64,000 nucleotides of DNA from Eledone cirrhosa (GCA_964016885.1 OZ024756.1:37200001-37264000); one strand, 5' to 3'. Numbered from the stretch's first letter, positions 28,594 to 44,440 are shown. The notes: generated from the sequence alone by a model not told the origin. A program made the numbers and translations.

Positions 28594-28992
28594 CATATAA
28601 GCACACATACATATGGACAGTCTTAAATACGCACACACAGATACATATATATAAATATAAGCACAGTTACATACATATAGACAGTCTTACATCCGCACAT
28701 ACACAGACAGATACATATATATATACATATAAGCATACATACATATCTCTATGCTTACATAGCTCTAAAAATAAGCGATAATAATTAAGAGAAGTTGGTT
28801 AAAATATCACGTAATTCACGTAATTGAAATAAACAAAGCTCAAATTCCTTATAAACAACAATCTATAAACGTGGCAAATGCTGAGCTGAGAAGTTTAGCT
28901 AAGACTCTTACTATGGCTTAGTTTTTTTGTCTTTCTGTTGGCACGTTGTTTAAAACGAGGCTTGATCAGAGATGGCGCTTGGTACGTTAGTT

Positions 28993-29217
28993 ATTGTTTC
29001 TTATATAGGCACAAGGCCAGCAATTTTGGGAGAGGGGGGGGGTCGATTAAATCAACCCCAGTGCGTGGTGTGACTGGTACTTTATTTTATTGATCCCCGT
29101 AAAGATGAAAGCTCAAAGTTAACCTCGGCGGGATTTGAATTCAGATCATAAAAGGCCGTAACTCTATGATGCAAAGCATGGCGTCCGACCCTCTACCGAT
29201 ACTGCCAATCCAGCGCC
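28993..29217 (-). mobile_element. Full-length tRNA-derived SINE (long-tail subfamily)
   Basis: Matches the SINE consensus. Confidence 0.9.
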
Positions 29218-29414
29218 CTACTTGGCACCTTAATTATGAAGAAATTTTAATAATAAATTTCTACAAATTTCTACAAATTTCTACATATTTCTACAAATTT
29301 CATACTTGACGGACGACCCAATGATATTAACATCAGGTCAGCAATTTAATTGAAAAGGGGACAGTCCAAAAAAGGACGATCAAGGAACCCCGTAAACAGG
29401 GTAAACTTAATTAC

Positions 29415-29526
29415 CCCGGGTGAGCCCCTTCCGGCCTACAGGCTCATGTTGTGAGCAGAACCATTCACTCATGCCATTTTCGCCAAAGTCATCCATCAAA
29501 TCGGTCTGAGGAAGTAATGTTTCCAT
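29415..29526 (-). CDS. Possible first coding exon METLLPQTDLMDDFGENGMSEWFCSQHEPVGRKGLTR (exon 29415-29593)
   Basis: Unique sequence; acceptor ttttatattctacaatAG, upstream in-frame stop before the ATG, donor G|GTAATT. No homologue recognised. Confidence 0.35.
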
Positions 29527-31672
29527 TGGTCTTTCCAATTGCTAATACCATCTACCGGACGCTAATCCAGGCAGAAGGAGTAACGTGAAATCACTATTGT
29601 AGAATATAAAACGCACAATAATTGTAGTAAGATGTAATTGCTAGGAATATAAAGCATGAAATACGCTTAAGATTACCCAGCCACACACGGGTAGGGACCC
29701 AATAGTTAAGTCAAGTGATTTCCAGGCTAAGTGTATTGATGAAACAACCCACAACTTCTGGACAAAAGTAGAATATTTCTTTATATAATTTAGAGGGCTC
29801 TCAAAACCACCACCAGCACTACCACTACCACTAGCACCAATATCATCAGCAGCAACACCCACACCACAAGCAGTCCCACCAACAGCACCACCAACAGCAC
29901 TACAATTACCACCAGCACTACAAACACAGCCACTACCACCACCAACAGCACTACAATTACCACCAGCACTACAAACACAGCCACTACCACCACCAACAGC
30001 ACTACAATTACCACCAGCACTACAAACACAGCCACTACCACCAGCACCAGCACTACCACTACCAGCAGCACTACAACACAGCCACTACCACAAGCACCAA
30101 TATCACCAGCACCAGCACCAATACCACAAGTGGTACCACCACCAACACCACCATTGTCAATTTGAGACATATCCCTATTAACACTGAATAAACCTTTCAT
30201 CAGTTTGCTTTAATGCAGAGAACTGATCTCTTCCGGTTAGACCGGAACAAATGTATGCATTTTCAACAGCTGAACATTATAAATATTCAGAGTTCCGCTA
30301 AGGTACAAAGAGCCCTGTTTCAATATGTGCAGTTTCTCAGAGAGACACAGGACACCCGTCCGTGGAGTGAGGGTCCGCTAACAAATCATTGACTTTAGAA
30401 TTACAGAATCTTCTCAGAAGATACGTGGTGTAATGATGATGGCGAGGATTGTGGTGATGGATGAGAGCGGCGGTGGTGGTGGTGGTGGTAGGGCTGGTTG
30501 GTTGGTTGGTTGGTGTGACGGTGGGGATGGTTGTGGTGGGGGATGATGGTGGGGTGATGGTGGGGGTGATGGTGGGGTGATGGTGGTAGGGCTGGTTGGT
30601 TGGTTGGTTGGTGTGACGGTGGGGATGGTTGTGGTGGGGGATGATGGTGGGGTGATGGTGGGGGTGATGGTGGTGGTGATGGTGGTAGGGCTGGTTGGTT
30701 GGTTGGTTGGTGTGACGGTGGGGATGGTTGTGGTGGGGGTGATGGTGGTGGTGATGGTGGGGGGGGGGGGGGGGGGGGGGGTACGGGTACTAAGTCAGTG
30801 ATGGTTGTGGTTAAAGATTGTGATGGGGAGGGGGGGGGTATTCTAGAGTGTGATAGTGATGTTGTGGTGTTCATGAGTGGCTGTAGAAGATCAACAGATA
30901 GAAAATACAGTGTTTGGGGATTCAGAAAATTACTGGCTGAGAGAGGGGGGGGGGATAGATTGAGAGAGAGAGAGAGAGAAAGAGAGGGAAAGAAAGAGAG
31001 AGAGAGAGAGTGAGAGAGAGAGAGAGAGGGAGAGAGAGAGAGAGAGAGAGGGAGAAAGAGTGAAAGAAAGAGGGATGAGGAACAAAGAGCGGGAAAAAGA
31101 TAGACAGACAGATAGAGGCAGTAAGACAGCGCGGTAAACATACACACACACACGCACACATACACTCACACACATATACTCACACACGCATGCACACACA
31201 CACACACACACCATACATACAGAGACACACACACAGGCAAACACACACACACACAGACTGAGAGGGAGATTTTAGAAATTCTAAGAGTTGGTTTAAATGC
31301 GTATGTATGTGTCTATATAAGTCTATATATGTATATATGCATGTATGTATGTATGTGTATATATGTCTATATATGTATATATGCATGTATGTATGTATGT
31401 GTCTATATATGTCTATATATGTATATATGCATGTATGTATGTATGAATGTATGTATGTATGTATGTATGTATGTATGTATGTATGTATGTATGTATGTAT
31501 GTATGTATGTATGTATGTATGCACGCATGTATATGCGTCTATGTGTGTATATGTGTCTGTGTATATGTGTGTATGTGTCTATGTGCCTATATGTGTATGT
31601 GTCTATGTATATATGAACGCGTATTTATGTATGTATAGTCTTTGTATATATTTCTCTATGTATGTATATAGG

Positions 31673-31727
<55 letters not shown>

Positions 31728-32283
31728 ATGTATGTATGTATGTATATGTGTGTGTGTGTATGTATGTATGTATGTATGTATATGTGTGCATAAGTCTATG
31801 TATGTATTTGTCTATGTAAGTACGTGTGTATGTATTTGTCTATATATGTATGTATGTGTGTATGTATGTATGTATGTGTGAAGGCAAGAAAGGGTGTGTT
31901 TGTATGTATGTATGTGTGAAGGCAAGAGGGGGTGTGTTTGTGTGTATGTATGTGTGAAGGCAAGCAAGAGGGGGTGTGTTTGTGTGTTCAGCGAGTGTCG
32001 CCCTAACACGTGCCTTATGTCTAAGATATCTTGACTGTCTGAGGCGTACAAACCACTCCCTCCACCCGTCCCCTGCTTCACACACACATACACACACACA
32101 CACACACATACACATACACATATATATACACACACACATACACACGCACGCACACACATATATATATACACATACACACATACACATATATATATATATA
32201 CACATACACACACATACACATATATACACATACACACACATACACACACATACACATATATATATATATACATACACACACAT

Positions 32284-32328
<45 letters not shown>

Positions 32329-32668
32329 CACACACTAGGAGAAACATACACACACACACATTATATGTCTATATTTCTATAATATATATGTATATATATA
32401 TATATATATATATAGATAGATAGAGAGAGAGAGAGAGATAAGTACATACATATATATGCATATATATGCATGTATATACATATACATGCATATATATGCA
32501 TATATATGCATGTATATGCATATACATGCATATATATGCATGTATATGTATGCATATACACACGATGTATGTGTGTGTGCGCTATTGTGTAATAATTAGT
32601 ACATATACACTTATATCCACAAATTATATACTTGCATATGTGTGCACATATATATATATATATTGTCT

Positions 32669-32699
<31 letters not shown>

Positions 32700-32822
32700 A
32701 CACACACACGCACATATATATATATACACATATATACGCATTTATATCCACAATTTTTATACTTGCATATGTGTGCACATATATATATATATTATCTCAC
32801 ACACACACACACACGCACATTT

Positions 32823-32889
<67 letters not shown>

Positions 32890-33035
32890 TATATACGCAC
32901 TTATATACACTCGTTTAAAAACAGGCATCATGTCGTTTTTGATATGTTATCAGCCAGTGGCGTGGTTTCGCTATTTTATCATATATAAATGCATACATAC
33001 GCACATATATAGATCGCAAATGACACAAACACACA

Positions 33036-33087
<52 letters not shown>

Positions 33088-33235
33088 CATGTGTGTGTGT
33101 ATGTGTATGTGTATGTGTGTGTGTGTGTGTGTGTGCATATTCACATATTTACACGTATACATTTCTAGACTGACACGCGTGTATACACACGCGCTTCTGA
33201 TATCCTTTATACTACATAAACATATATATACACAT

Positions 33236-33271
<36 letters not shown>

Positions 33272-33396
33272 GTCTGTGTGTGTGTGTGTATGTGAGAGAG
33301 AGAGGGAGAGGGAGAGAGAGAGAGAGAGAGAGTGCGTCAGTTTGAGTGAATTTTGTGCATAAATATATAAACACACACACTTGCATGCATGCACAT

Positions 33397-33458
<62 letters not shown>

Positions 33459-33511
33459 TATATATATATATATATATTATATATATATATGTATATATAT
33501 ATACTATATAC

Positions 33512-33563
<52 letters not shown>

Positions 33564-33627
33564 TATATATATACATATATATATATATAGTATATATATA
33601 TGTCTATATAAATATATATATATATAC

Positions 33628-33663
<36 letters not shown>

Positions 33664-33664
33664 C

Positions 33665-33740
<76 letters not shown>

Positions 33741-34061
33741 ATGTCTATATAAATATATAAATATATATATACTATATATATTTATATATATATATATAGT
33801 ATATATGTGTGTGTGTATATATATATATTTATATAGACATCTGCGTGTGTGTGTCGAGAAAGGGCGGGGCATCATTGAGACGTGTGGTACTGTGTGTGTG
33901 TGTTTATGTGTCAACTATGTATGTGTGTGGATACGCGCGTGCCAGTATAGCAGAAGTATATGGTTCTCTCCCTCTCTCTCTCTCTCTATCTCTCTTTATA
34001 TATATATATATAAGGTGGTGGTGGTGGGGGCTTTATGCATGTGTTCAAACATGTATGTATA

Positions 34062-34117
<56 letters not shown>

Positions 34118-34219
34118 ACTATTTTTCATCGTCAAAGTTGAAGCTTCTTTCATATACACTCATATATAATTATATATATACATATATATATATACAGACA
34201 CACATATATATATACTCAC

Positions 34220-34318
<99 letters not shown>

Positions 34319-34384
34319 TATGTGTATATATGTATGTATATATATATACATGCATATACATAAATATATATATATACATGTATA

Positions 34385-34420
<36 letters not shown>

Positions 34421-34809
34421 CCTATATATATACATATATATATATACATGTTTGTATGTGTGTTTACAAAAGTGTACTCAATACATTGTGTAGTGTTATA
34501 ACGTAACAGCAAATGATTCATGACTGCCTCCCCTTACACACACACACACACACACACATACGTACACACATTCACACACACACACACACATCCACACACA
34601 CACATACGTACACACATTCACACATGTACAGATACACACACACACACACACATGCAAAGTGTGCCTGCAATCTTTCAGATGTGTTTCATTAATAAAGATA
34701 TAACCAAGAGTTTTCTTCCCTTGCCGCAGTTATATACAAGTAGACGTACATATCTCAATAGTTAATGTATAACTATTGTCGGTGTATATATATAAATATA
34801 CACACACAC

Positions 34810-34985
<176 letters not shown>

Positions 34986-35059
34986 ATGCGTGTGTTTGTG
35001 TCTGCATACTCAGTATTGTATACAGACTACTGATATATTTGTATATATTTTGAATATGT

Positions 35060-35133
<74 letters not shown>

Positions 35134-35138
35134 GTATG

Positions 35139-35169
<31 letters not shown>

Positions 35170-35174
35170 ATATT

Positions 35175-35237
<63 letters not shown>

Positions 35238-35378
35238 ATATATATATATTTATATATATATGTATGTATATATATGTGTGTGAGATAGAGAGTATGTGTG
35301 TGTGTGTGTGCCTCTTTTTCCGCTCTCTTTCTCTCAATATATATGTGTGTGTTTTATATATATATAGGTGTGTGTGTG

Positions 35379-35501
<123 letters not shown>

Positions 35502-35502
35502 T

Positions 35503-35541
<39 letters not shown>

Positions 35542-35579
35542 GAGGTAGAGAGAGAGATGTGTACTTGTATAGATACGCA

Positions 35580-36046
35580 CAATACTACTGCTACTACAAC
35601 CACTAATGCTACTACCACCACTACCTCTACTACTACTACTACTATTACAACCACTAATACTAACATCACTACTACCACCACCAATACTACTACTACTAAC
35701 AAAACTACTACCATCTCTACCAATATTATTACTATCACCACCACCACTACCACTACTACTACTATTACAACCACTAATACTAACATCACTACCACCACCA
35801 ATATTACTACTAATAATAAAACTACTACTGCTACTGCAACTACTACTAATGTTGCAGCTACTAATACTACTGCAGCTGCTACTACTACCACCACCACCAC
35901 CACCACTAATACTACTACTATTACTACTGCCACTACTGTTGCTTCTACTAGTACTAATACTACTGCAGCTGCTACCACTACTTCTACTACCACCACAACC
36001 ACCACTATTACTACTACTACTAGTACTACGAATGCTACTGCAGCCG

Positions 36047-36101
<55 letters not shown>

Positions 36102-36184
36102 CACCACCACGTCTAATACTACTACTACTACCACCACCTCTACTACCACCACCACCACCTCTACTACTACTACTACTACTACTT

Positions 36185-36227
<43 letters not shown>

Positions 36228-36300
36228 TACTACTAGTACTACTACTAGTACTACTACTAGTACTACTACTACTACTACTTCTACTACCACCACCACCTCA

Positions 36301-36349
<49 letters not shown>

Positions 36350-36561
36350 TTACCACCACCACCACCACCACGTCTAATACTACTACTACTACTACCACCA
36401 CCTCTACTACTACCACCACCACCTCTACTACTACTACTACTACTATTGCTACTACTACTACTACTACTACTAGTACTACTACTACTACTAGTACTACTAC
36501 TAGAACTACTACTAGTACTACTACTACTACTACTACTACTTCTACTACCACCACCACCTCA

Positions 36562-36602
<41 letters not shown>

Positions 36603-36640
36603 CACCACGTCTAATACTACTACTACTACTACCACCACCT

Positions 36641-36685
<45 letters not shown>

Positions 36686-36756
36686 GTACTACTACTAGTA
36701 CTACTACTAGTACTACTACTACTACTACTACTACTTCTACTACCACCACCACCTCA

Positions 36757-36802
<46 letters not shown>
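35580..36802. repeat. Long (ACT/ACC)n tract with higher-order periodicity
   Basis: Directly visible; source of the poly-T/L/V ORFs. Confidence 0.95.
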
Positions 36803-36803
<1 letters not shown>

Positions 36804-37150
36804 ATAAGTAAGTAGGCGTTTTGTGGCGAGGCAGCGTTGTTTTCGAAGCGAAGAATTTGACGTAATCGAGAGGAAAGTATGTGGAATGGTAAGAGAAGGG
36901 GATAGAAGAAATATGTTTGCCTGCAGATGGAATCCTTTATTGCGTTGTCTTTACCGTTTTCTTTTCTTTAAACCCCTTTTTTTATTCTTCATTTTGGTGT
37001 TTTCGGATGAAATTCTTCGAGAGGGAATAGGCAGCAGTCTCTTAGTAGAATGAGGTTATGTTCGTTAAGTTCCTCGCCACAGACACCTCACACTAGAATT
37101 TCGGCAGGGTAGAAGAGGGTTGCCAAACTAAAACACACACACACACATAC

Positions 37151-37247
<97 letters not shown>

Positions 37248-37276
37248 TACATATATATAAATATATATATATATAC

Positions 37277-37350
<74 letters not shown>

Positions 37351-37541
37351 GTAGAGGTTATATTTAATTTGTTGGGATACAACAAGCAAAATATTTTTAT
37401 ATTGAAATATGTATAATGAAATAAATATGGTTTTATAAATATATTTTCCATTTGTTAATATATTGTATATATATACATATATATGTAGAGAGATATAAAT
37501 GTGTACATATACATATATGTATATAAACACATATGTATACA

Positions 37542-37587
<46 letters not shown>

Positions 37588-37756
37588 CTTACATACATGT
37601 ACATATATGTACATATTTACATGCATGGTTATATATGTATTTCGTTACATACATGTACATATATGTATATACTTACATGTACATATATGTATATATATAT
37701 ATGTATACATATATGTATATATATACAGATGTATATACGTATAGATAAACACACAC

Positions 37757-37834
<78 letters not shown>

Positions 37835-37844
37835 AGTAGAAGGG

Positions 37845-38052
37845 ATATTTAATTTGTTGGAAATACAACAAATATTTATAACTGATTCAGAGCACTCGAC
37901 AGATTTCTGGAGAAAATATCCAATGATATTAAATGGAAACTATATTCCTAAAACTACATTTATTCAATTATATATATTTCAAGGGTACCACAATTTTGGT
38001 ACGATATCATCAGATAAAATACAAAAAGTTTTATAAATATTTGACATGACCA
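37845..38052 (-). mobile_element. Family C cassette, HHR at 37961-38021 (additional rearranged fragments at 37357-37465)
   Basis: tattttat-CTGATGA-tat c gtacca aaattg tggtac c ctt-GAAA-t atat ATA^-attgaata; the base of stem II is decayed. Confidence 0.68.
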
Positions 38053-38098
38053 AGGATATTATACCTTAACGGTTCAAGTTATCCCTGGAAAGTCAATA

Positions 38099-38146
<48 letters not shown>

Positions 38147-38200
38147 GTGAGTTTTTTTTACAAAATGAAAAATAACCGAGGTGTCCTACACGAGTGAAAG

Positions 38201-38511
38201 TATAAAGAAAAAAAGATGAAATCGAAAATGCAACTGGAGTCTTATTTTTAAAAAAATATATATATTTATTTGGTTCCTTTACCGGTTTCGCAGTTCTTCT
38301 GCTTTTCAAAAGGTGAGTTGAGATGGAGGGTCTGTGGTTTTTCTCACATCTGAGAAAACTTATCAGATGTGAGAAAAACCACAGACCCTCCATCTTAACT
38401 CTACTTTTGAAAAGCAGAAGAACTGCGAAACCGGTAAAGGAACCAAATAAATATATATATATATTTTTTAAAAATAAGACTCCAGTTGCATTTTCGATTT
38501 CATCTTTTTTT

Positions 38512-38518
<7 letters not shown>
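38201..38518. mobile_element. 318-bp palindrome with two opposed U3-A8-core hammerhead motifs (- 38276-38313; + 38404-38439)
   Basis: cctt-TTGAAAA-gcag aagaa ctgc-GAAA-ccgg-TA^-aagg on the minus arm, with the same motif (ctt/aag stem I) on the plus arm. Confidence 0.75.
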
Positions 38519-38587
<69 letters not shown>

Positions 38588-38649
38588 ATTTATATTTTTG
38601 CAAGATTCTTGATGTGGATACATGTGTTGAAACAAGTATTGTTCTTCTT

Positions 38650-38745
38650 TGAGACTCTGTTAAGTGACACATTGCCAAGATGTCACACAATGGGGTCGAA
38701 CCCGGGACCTAGAGATTACAAAGCGAACTTCTTAAACCATTCAGT
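38650..38745 (-). mobile_element. 5' fragment of a second tRNA-SINE family
   Basis: ggggtcgaacccggg (reverse B box) and ttcttaaaccattcag (reverse A box). Confidence 0.55.
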
Positions 38746-38775
38746 AAAGCTGCATCTACTTATCTATCGCATGTA

Positions 38776-38855
38776 TTAGGCTGTGACATACATTCCCGCC
38801 GTTTTCTTTTATTATAACAAATTATGACAACGGCGGGAATTTATGTTACAATCCA

Positions 38856-38856
<1 letters not shown>
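38776..38856. mobile_element. 81-bp mariner-type MITE
   Basis: ~28-bp TIRs ttaggctgtgacatacattcccgccgtt / aacggcgggaatttatgttacaatccaa; TA on the left, TG on the right (mutated TA TSD). Confidence 0.75.
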
Positions 38857-38924
<68 letters not shown>

Positions 38925-39280
38925 AAAGTTTTATTTAAAATTGTTGGGTTACAACGAGTAAATATTTTATAACTGATATAAAGCACTCAACAAGTTTTGG
39001 AGTAGATATACGATATTAAACAAATGGAAACTAGATTTATAAAACCATATTTATTTCATTATACATATTTCAGGGATACCATATTAAAAATATGGCATGC
39101 CTTCTTCAGATAAAATACAATATATAAGCAGTTTTATAAATAAATTTGACGTACCATAGAATTTTGAACAATTTCCATTTAAATGGAAATTGTTCAAACT
39201 TCTATGGTACGTCAAATTTATTTATAAAACTGCTTATATATTGTATTTTATCTGAAGAAGGCATGCCATATTTTTAATAT
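38925..39280. mobile_element. Family C cassette with 200-bp palindrome (39081-39280); intact HHR - 39052-39117
   Basis: tattttat-CTGAAGA-agg c atgccatatt ttt aatatggtat c cct-GAAA-t atgt ATA^-atgaaata, with an 8-bp stem I. The mirror arm carries only the 5' half. Confidence 0.85.
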
Positions 39281-39637
39281 CGTATATCTATATATTCAGA
39301 CCTTTTAACTCTCCCCGCCCGACGGAGTTATCGCCCACTCACTTTAGGATGATTGGGCGATGTCTTCTCATATGAAAATGGGTATAGCTTTTATTATGTA
39401 AAATCTCCCTATTTTGCCTCATTTCTCTCCGTTTTAGGGCACTTTTTTTTCATAGTACTCCCCTGTTTGGTATTATATATACTCATTCACATTGTATATA
39501 GCATTCACATTGTATATAGCACCTTATGCTCGTTACAATATTTCTAATTTTACAAGTCATCTATGGGCTTACCACACCCACTACACAATATCTATCACTA
39601 CAGCGGGTATTCTTAAAAAGTCCTGCTTATATGTAAG

Positions 39638-39699
<62 letters not shown>

Positions 39700-39700
<1 letters not shown>

Positions 39701-39839
39701 ATAATAATAAAATTGAAGACTATAATCCAAAGAGGGCTCGATAAGGAAAATATATATCAAATATATAAGAACCGTATCAGAAGATCACGTTAAGGGTGAA
39801 AGCAGCGATTCTTTGCTTAAACTTTAATCTGTTATTTTA

Positions 39840-39883
<44 letters not shown>

Positions 39884-40045
39884 ATAATAAATGTGAAAAC
39901 TAAAATCCGAAGAGGGCTCGATAAGGATTATATATATATAAACCTGTAGAGCAAATATTTATTATAAGAACAGATTAAGTTTAAGCAAAGAATCGCTGCT
40001 TAAACTTTAAGCAGCGTTTCTTTGCTTAAACTTTAATCTGTTTCA
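39700..40045. mobile_element. Family E HHR-like cassettes (core CAGAAGA) and a small fold-back at 39969-40042; minus copy at 44325-44422
   Basis: tcagaaga-t ccc gttaa ggg t-GAAA-gca gcgattctt tgc-TT (44.3-kb version; the 39.8-kb copy has cac for ccc). Shared flank gaagacta..atccaaagagggctc. Confidence 0.5.
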
Positions 40046-40087
40046 TATATATATATATATATGTAGAAGATGATATATATAGAAGAT

Positions 40088-40212
40088 GAGAAATCATCAG
40101 GAAGCTCCTGATGATTTCTCACGAATGAAACAGTTCTAGTCCTGTAGAAGCTCTTCTATATTAAAACTTTTATACTCTGCTATGTATTGAGTACTTTACT
40201 TACTGTGGTTAT
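40088..40212 (+). mobile_element. Family A HHR cassette (HHR 40103-40152) with short inverted 5' duplication and tail
   Basis: agctc-CTGATGA(40108-40114)..GAAACAG..CTGTA^gaagct, followed by ttatactctgctatgtattgagtac. Confidence 0.75.
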
Positions 40213-40279
40213 ATATATATAAGTATATTTCAAAATATGAAAATGCGCATATATATATAAATATATACCCCACCCCCTC

Positions 40280-40327
<48 letters not shown>

Positions 40328-40833
40328 GAGGGGGGGGGGTATATATTTATATATATATGCGCATTTTCATATTTTGAAATATACTTACAGACACCCAGCA
40401 ATAAAATGCCAGGCAATACAAAATCTTTTGGAATCCAAGACACCAAAACCCTATAAAAAAGAAAATCCAGTCAAATATATGTCCCTTTCCTACCCCACCC
40501 TATCATATCCCAGAAAGTAGTAAGGAGAGGGTCCTTAAAAAGCTTATAAAGACAAGATGGCGCCAAGATCAGTAGACTTCATCAGTAAAAACCGAGGTGA
40601 CATAAGACCCGAATGGAATTATGGAAATTGAGACCAACCCGCCATTTCCTAACAGTGAGGAGGATTTCCAACCACACACACACACACATACACACACACA
40701 CACACATACACACATACACACACACACACATATATATATATATATTTATATTTATATATATATATATACACAGAGACAAACACACACATATTCACACACA
40801 TATATATATATATATCTACACACAGATACACCT

Positions 40834-40868
<35 letters not shown>

Positions 40869-40945
40869 CACATACACACACACACACACATATAAATACA
40901 TATATATATATATATATACACAGAGACAAACACACACACACACAG

Positions 40946-40990
<45 letters not shown>

Positions 40991-41251
40991 ATATATACAC
41001 ACACACACACATATAGATATATACACACACATACACATACACATACACACACATATATATATATGTACACACACACACACACACGCACACATACACACAT
41101 ACACACACAGACACACACACACACACACCTTTCTCTCGGTCTGTCTATGTATCTATCTATCTGTCTTTGTCCGGGCCTCTTTCTATCCCTATCTATCTTA
41201 CACACACTCTCTCTTTCTCTCTCTCACACACACACACACACACTCTCTCTT

Positions 41252-41293
<42 letters not shown>

Positions 41294-41330
41294 GTATATA
41301 TATATATATATATATAATATTTAAGACTAG

Positions 41331-41874
41331 GTGGTAAGATACCAGGTGGACCATAACGCACCAGAGTACTCAATACTTAGGGTAGTAGAGTGGGTCGTAG
41401 GAAAAGAGTCAGGACCCCTACGGCTGAGCTCCGACCGTTTCGACGGCTAGATCCGAACTCATCAAACTGTCGAAACGGCCGGAGCTTAGTCGTCGGGCTC
41501 CTGACTCCTTTCCCATGACCCACTCTACTACCCTAAGTATTGAGTACTCTGGTGGGTTAGGGTCCACCTGGTCCCTTACCACACTTTCTTTGTTATCCCC
41601 TTTTTTTGTACTGTTGACCATATTATTCTCCACTTTTTCAATTATATATACACACACAAATACGAAGGAGTTGTGGTAAGGAACCAGGTGGACCATAACG
41701 CACCAGAGTACTCAATACTTAGGGTAGTAGAGTGGGTAATAGGAAAAAGTTTGACCCCGACGGCAGAGCTCAAGCCGTTTCGACGGCTATTTCTGGACTA
41801 AAACTTTTAGTCCACAAATAGCCGTCGAAACGGCTTGAGCTCTGCCGTCGGGGTCAAATTTTTCCTATATACAA

Positions 41875-41912
<38 letters not shown>

Positions 41913-42091
41913 ATATATATATATATATATATATAACGAAGGAAATGTGGTAAGGAACCAGGTGGACCATAACGCACCAAAGTACTCAATACTTGAGGTA
42001 GTAGAGTGGGTAATAGGAACCAGTAAGACCCCGACAGCTGAGCTCAAGCCGTTTCGACGGCTTGAGCTCAGCTGTCGGGGTCTTACTGGTT

Positions 42092-42095
<4 letters not shown>
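41331..42095. mobile_element. Three adjacent family B fold-back cassettes (41331-41582 variant; 41662-41867; 41934-42094)
   Basis: Each is a palindrome around the gacggct../..ccgtc-GAAAC region with the shared tail cccactctactaccctaagtattgagtactctggtgcgttatggtccacctgg. Confidence 0.8.
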
Positions 42096-42169
<74 letters not shown>

Positions 42170-42182
42170 AATATATATATAT

Positions 42183-42289
<107 letters not shown>

Positions 42290-42298
42290 TATATATAT

Positions 42299-42371
<73 letters not shown>

Positions 42372-42540
42372 AATATTTATATATATGTATATACACAAAT
42401 ATATATATATATACACATACATATGTGTGTGTGTGTGTGTGTGCGTGTGTGTGTGTGTATGTGTGTGCGCACGTGTCCCGATTCAAGTAGTACCATGCTA
42501 ATACCAAAATACCAAAATATCTAGAGAAAAAAAAACAAAA

Positions 42541-42571
<31 letters not shown>

Positions 42572-43035
42572 CAAAACAAAAACAAAAAAAAAAAACAGAA
42601 GCCAACTAAATCTTCCGACGAACAATACCAAAAATATTTTAAAGAATTTAAAAAAAAAAAATTAAAAAGACAACAACTAAAAAAAAACCTAATAACTGAA
42701 GAACTGAAGAACTGCAGAATTACAAAACCGAAGTTCTTGACATATTTGGGTTTGATGCCATAGACGAGTCTTTACTGAAATTGTGACGTCGAACGCTAGT
42801 GTACAGACGGTAAAATATGAGGCTTTTTTACTGAAGTGGAACTGGGTCATATATGAGAATGGTTTTAACAGGCAGTAATTAAATGGTTCTTCATAGGGTG
42901 TAGAACTTTAAATATCTGTAAGAACTGAAGAATTGGCAGCAAATGTTTTAGTTGTATTTGATTTCTTTCTTTCATAGCGATTACAATACTGGAGAAAGAA
43001 GCTGGAGAGAGAGTTGGTGTATTAGTTTATTGGTT

Positions 43036-43182
43036 TATTGGTGTACTGGTGTACTGGTGTACTGGTGTACTGGGTGTACTGGTGTACTGTGTACTGGTGT
43101 ACTGGTGTACTGGGTGTACTGGTGTACTGTGTACTGGTCTACTGGTGTACTGGTGTACTGGTCTACTGGTGTACTGAGTTAC
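43036..43182. repeat. (GGTGTACT)n minisatellite
   Basis: Directly visible. Confidence 0.9.
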
Positions 43183-43189
43183 TGGGTTA

Positions 43190-43371
43190 GTGTAATTACT
43201 AAGGGCTGTATCATCTGGGGCTATGATTGGGTGTTTTTGAACCTACAGAAAATTATACTCGAGCAACGGGAAGTGAAGTGTTTGGCTCAAGAACACAACA
43301 CGCAACCCAGGAATCGAACCCACGACATTATGATCGTAAGTCCAACACCCTTACCACTAGGTCACGTGCTC
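43190..43371 (-). mobile_element. tRNA-derived SINE of another family
   Basis: Reverse A box (ttaccactaggtcac), reverse B box (ggaatcgaacc), then gtgaagtgtttggctcaagaacac. Confidence 0.75.
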
Positions 43372-43572
43372 CACACACACACACACACACACACACACAT
43401 TTTTATTATAAATAAATATATATATATGTATATATATAGGGTGTCTCCCCCAAAAATGTATACATACTTTGATTACAATGCTGTTGAAGTGTGTATGCTA
43501 AGTGTTAATTGAACAAGTACTTTCATGCTTTCGCAATCTTCAGGTTCATATTCTGTGGTGTTAGTCAAGTTT

Positions 43573-43698
43573 GCATTTCTTATGCTTTTCAAAAATAATT
43601 TTGAGATAGAGTGCTCGTGATTTGTGCTAGCAAAAATCCCGAGCAGTCTATCTCAAAATTATTTTTGAAAAGCATAAGAAATGCGCAACCGGTAAAAA
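43573..43698. mobile_element. Fold-back cassette with a degenerate U3-A8 hammerhead (+ 43662-43697)
   Basis: ttt-TTGAAAA-gcat aagaa atgc-GcAA-ccgg-TA^-aaa; inverted repeat 43573-43684. Confidence 0.6.
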
Positions 43699-44045
43699 CT
43701 TAAAACTAAAACTGAATACTAACTAATACTTATTACTAATTTATACTTATTCCTAATTAAACTATTTTTCACTGGGAAAAATTTGTCACCATTTTCTTTT
43801 CCTATTTACTAATATACCACAACTCGTGTGTCACAACTCGTGTGTCACACCTCTATTTTTTATATATATATATATATATTTATATATACATATATATGTA
43901 TATATAAACCCGTAAACACACACGGGATGGGAGGGAGTGTATAAGGCGGTTGACTGATAACATTGCAACTAAGATAGTGTGCTCAGACTTTCTAACACTA
44001 GAGTAAAGAAATAGATAAGATTAGTATGTACGACACGACATATAT

Positions 44046-44097
<52 letters not shown>

Positions 44098-44098
44098 G

Positions 44099-44172
<74 letters not shown>

Positions 44173-44264
44173 CATGCATATATATATATATATATATATA
44201 TATAGATATATAGATATAGATATATATAGATATAGATATATTTATATCTATATATATATATATA

Positions 44265-44317
<53 letters not shown>

Positions 44318-44440
44318 ATTTATTAAAATAACAGATTAAAGTTTAAGCAAAGAATCGCTGCTTTCACCCTTAACGGGATCTTCTGAGCCCTCTTTGGATT
44401 TTAGTCTTCAAATTTATTATAATTACTATACATTTATATT

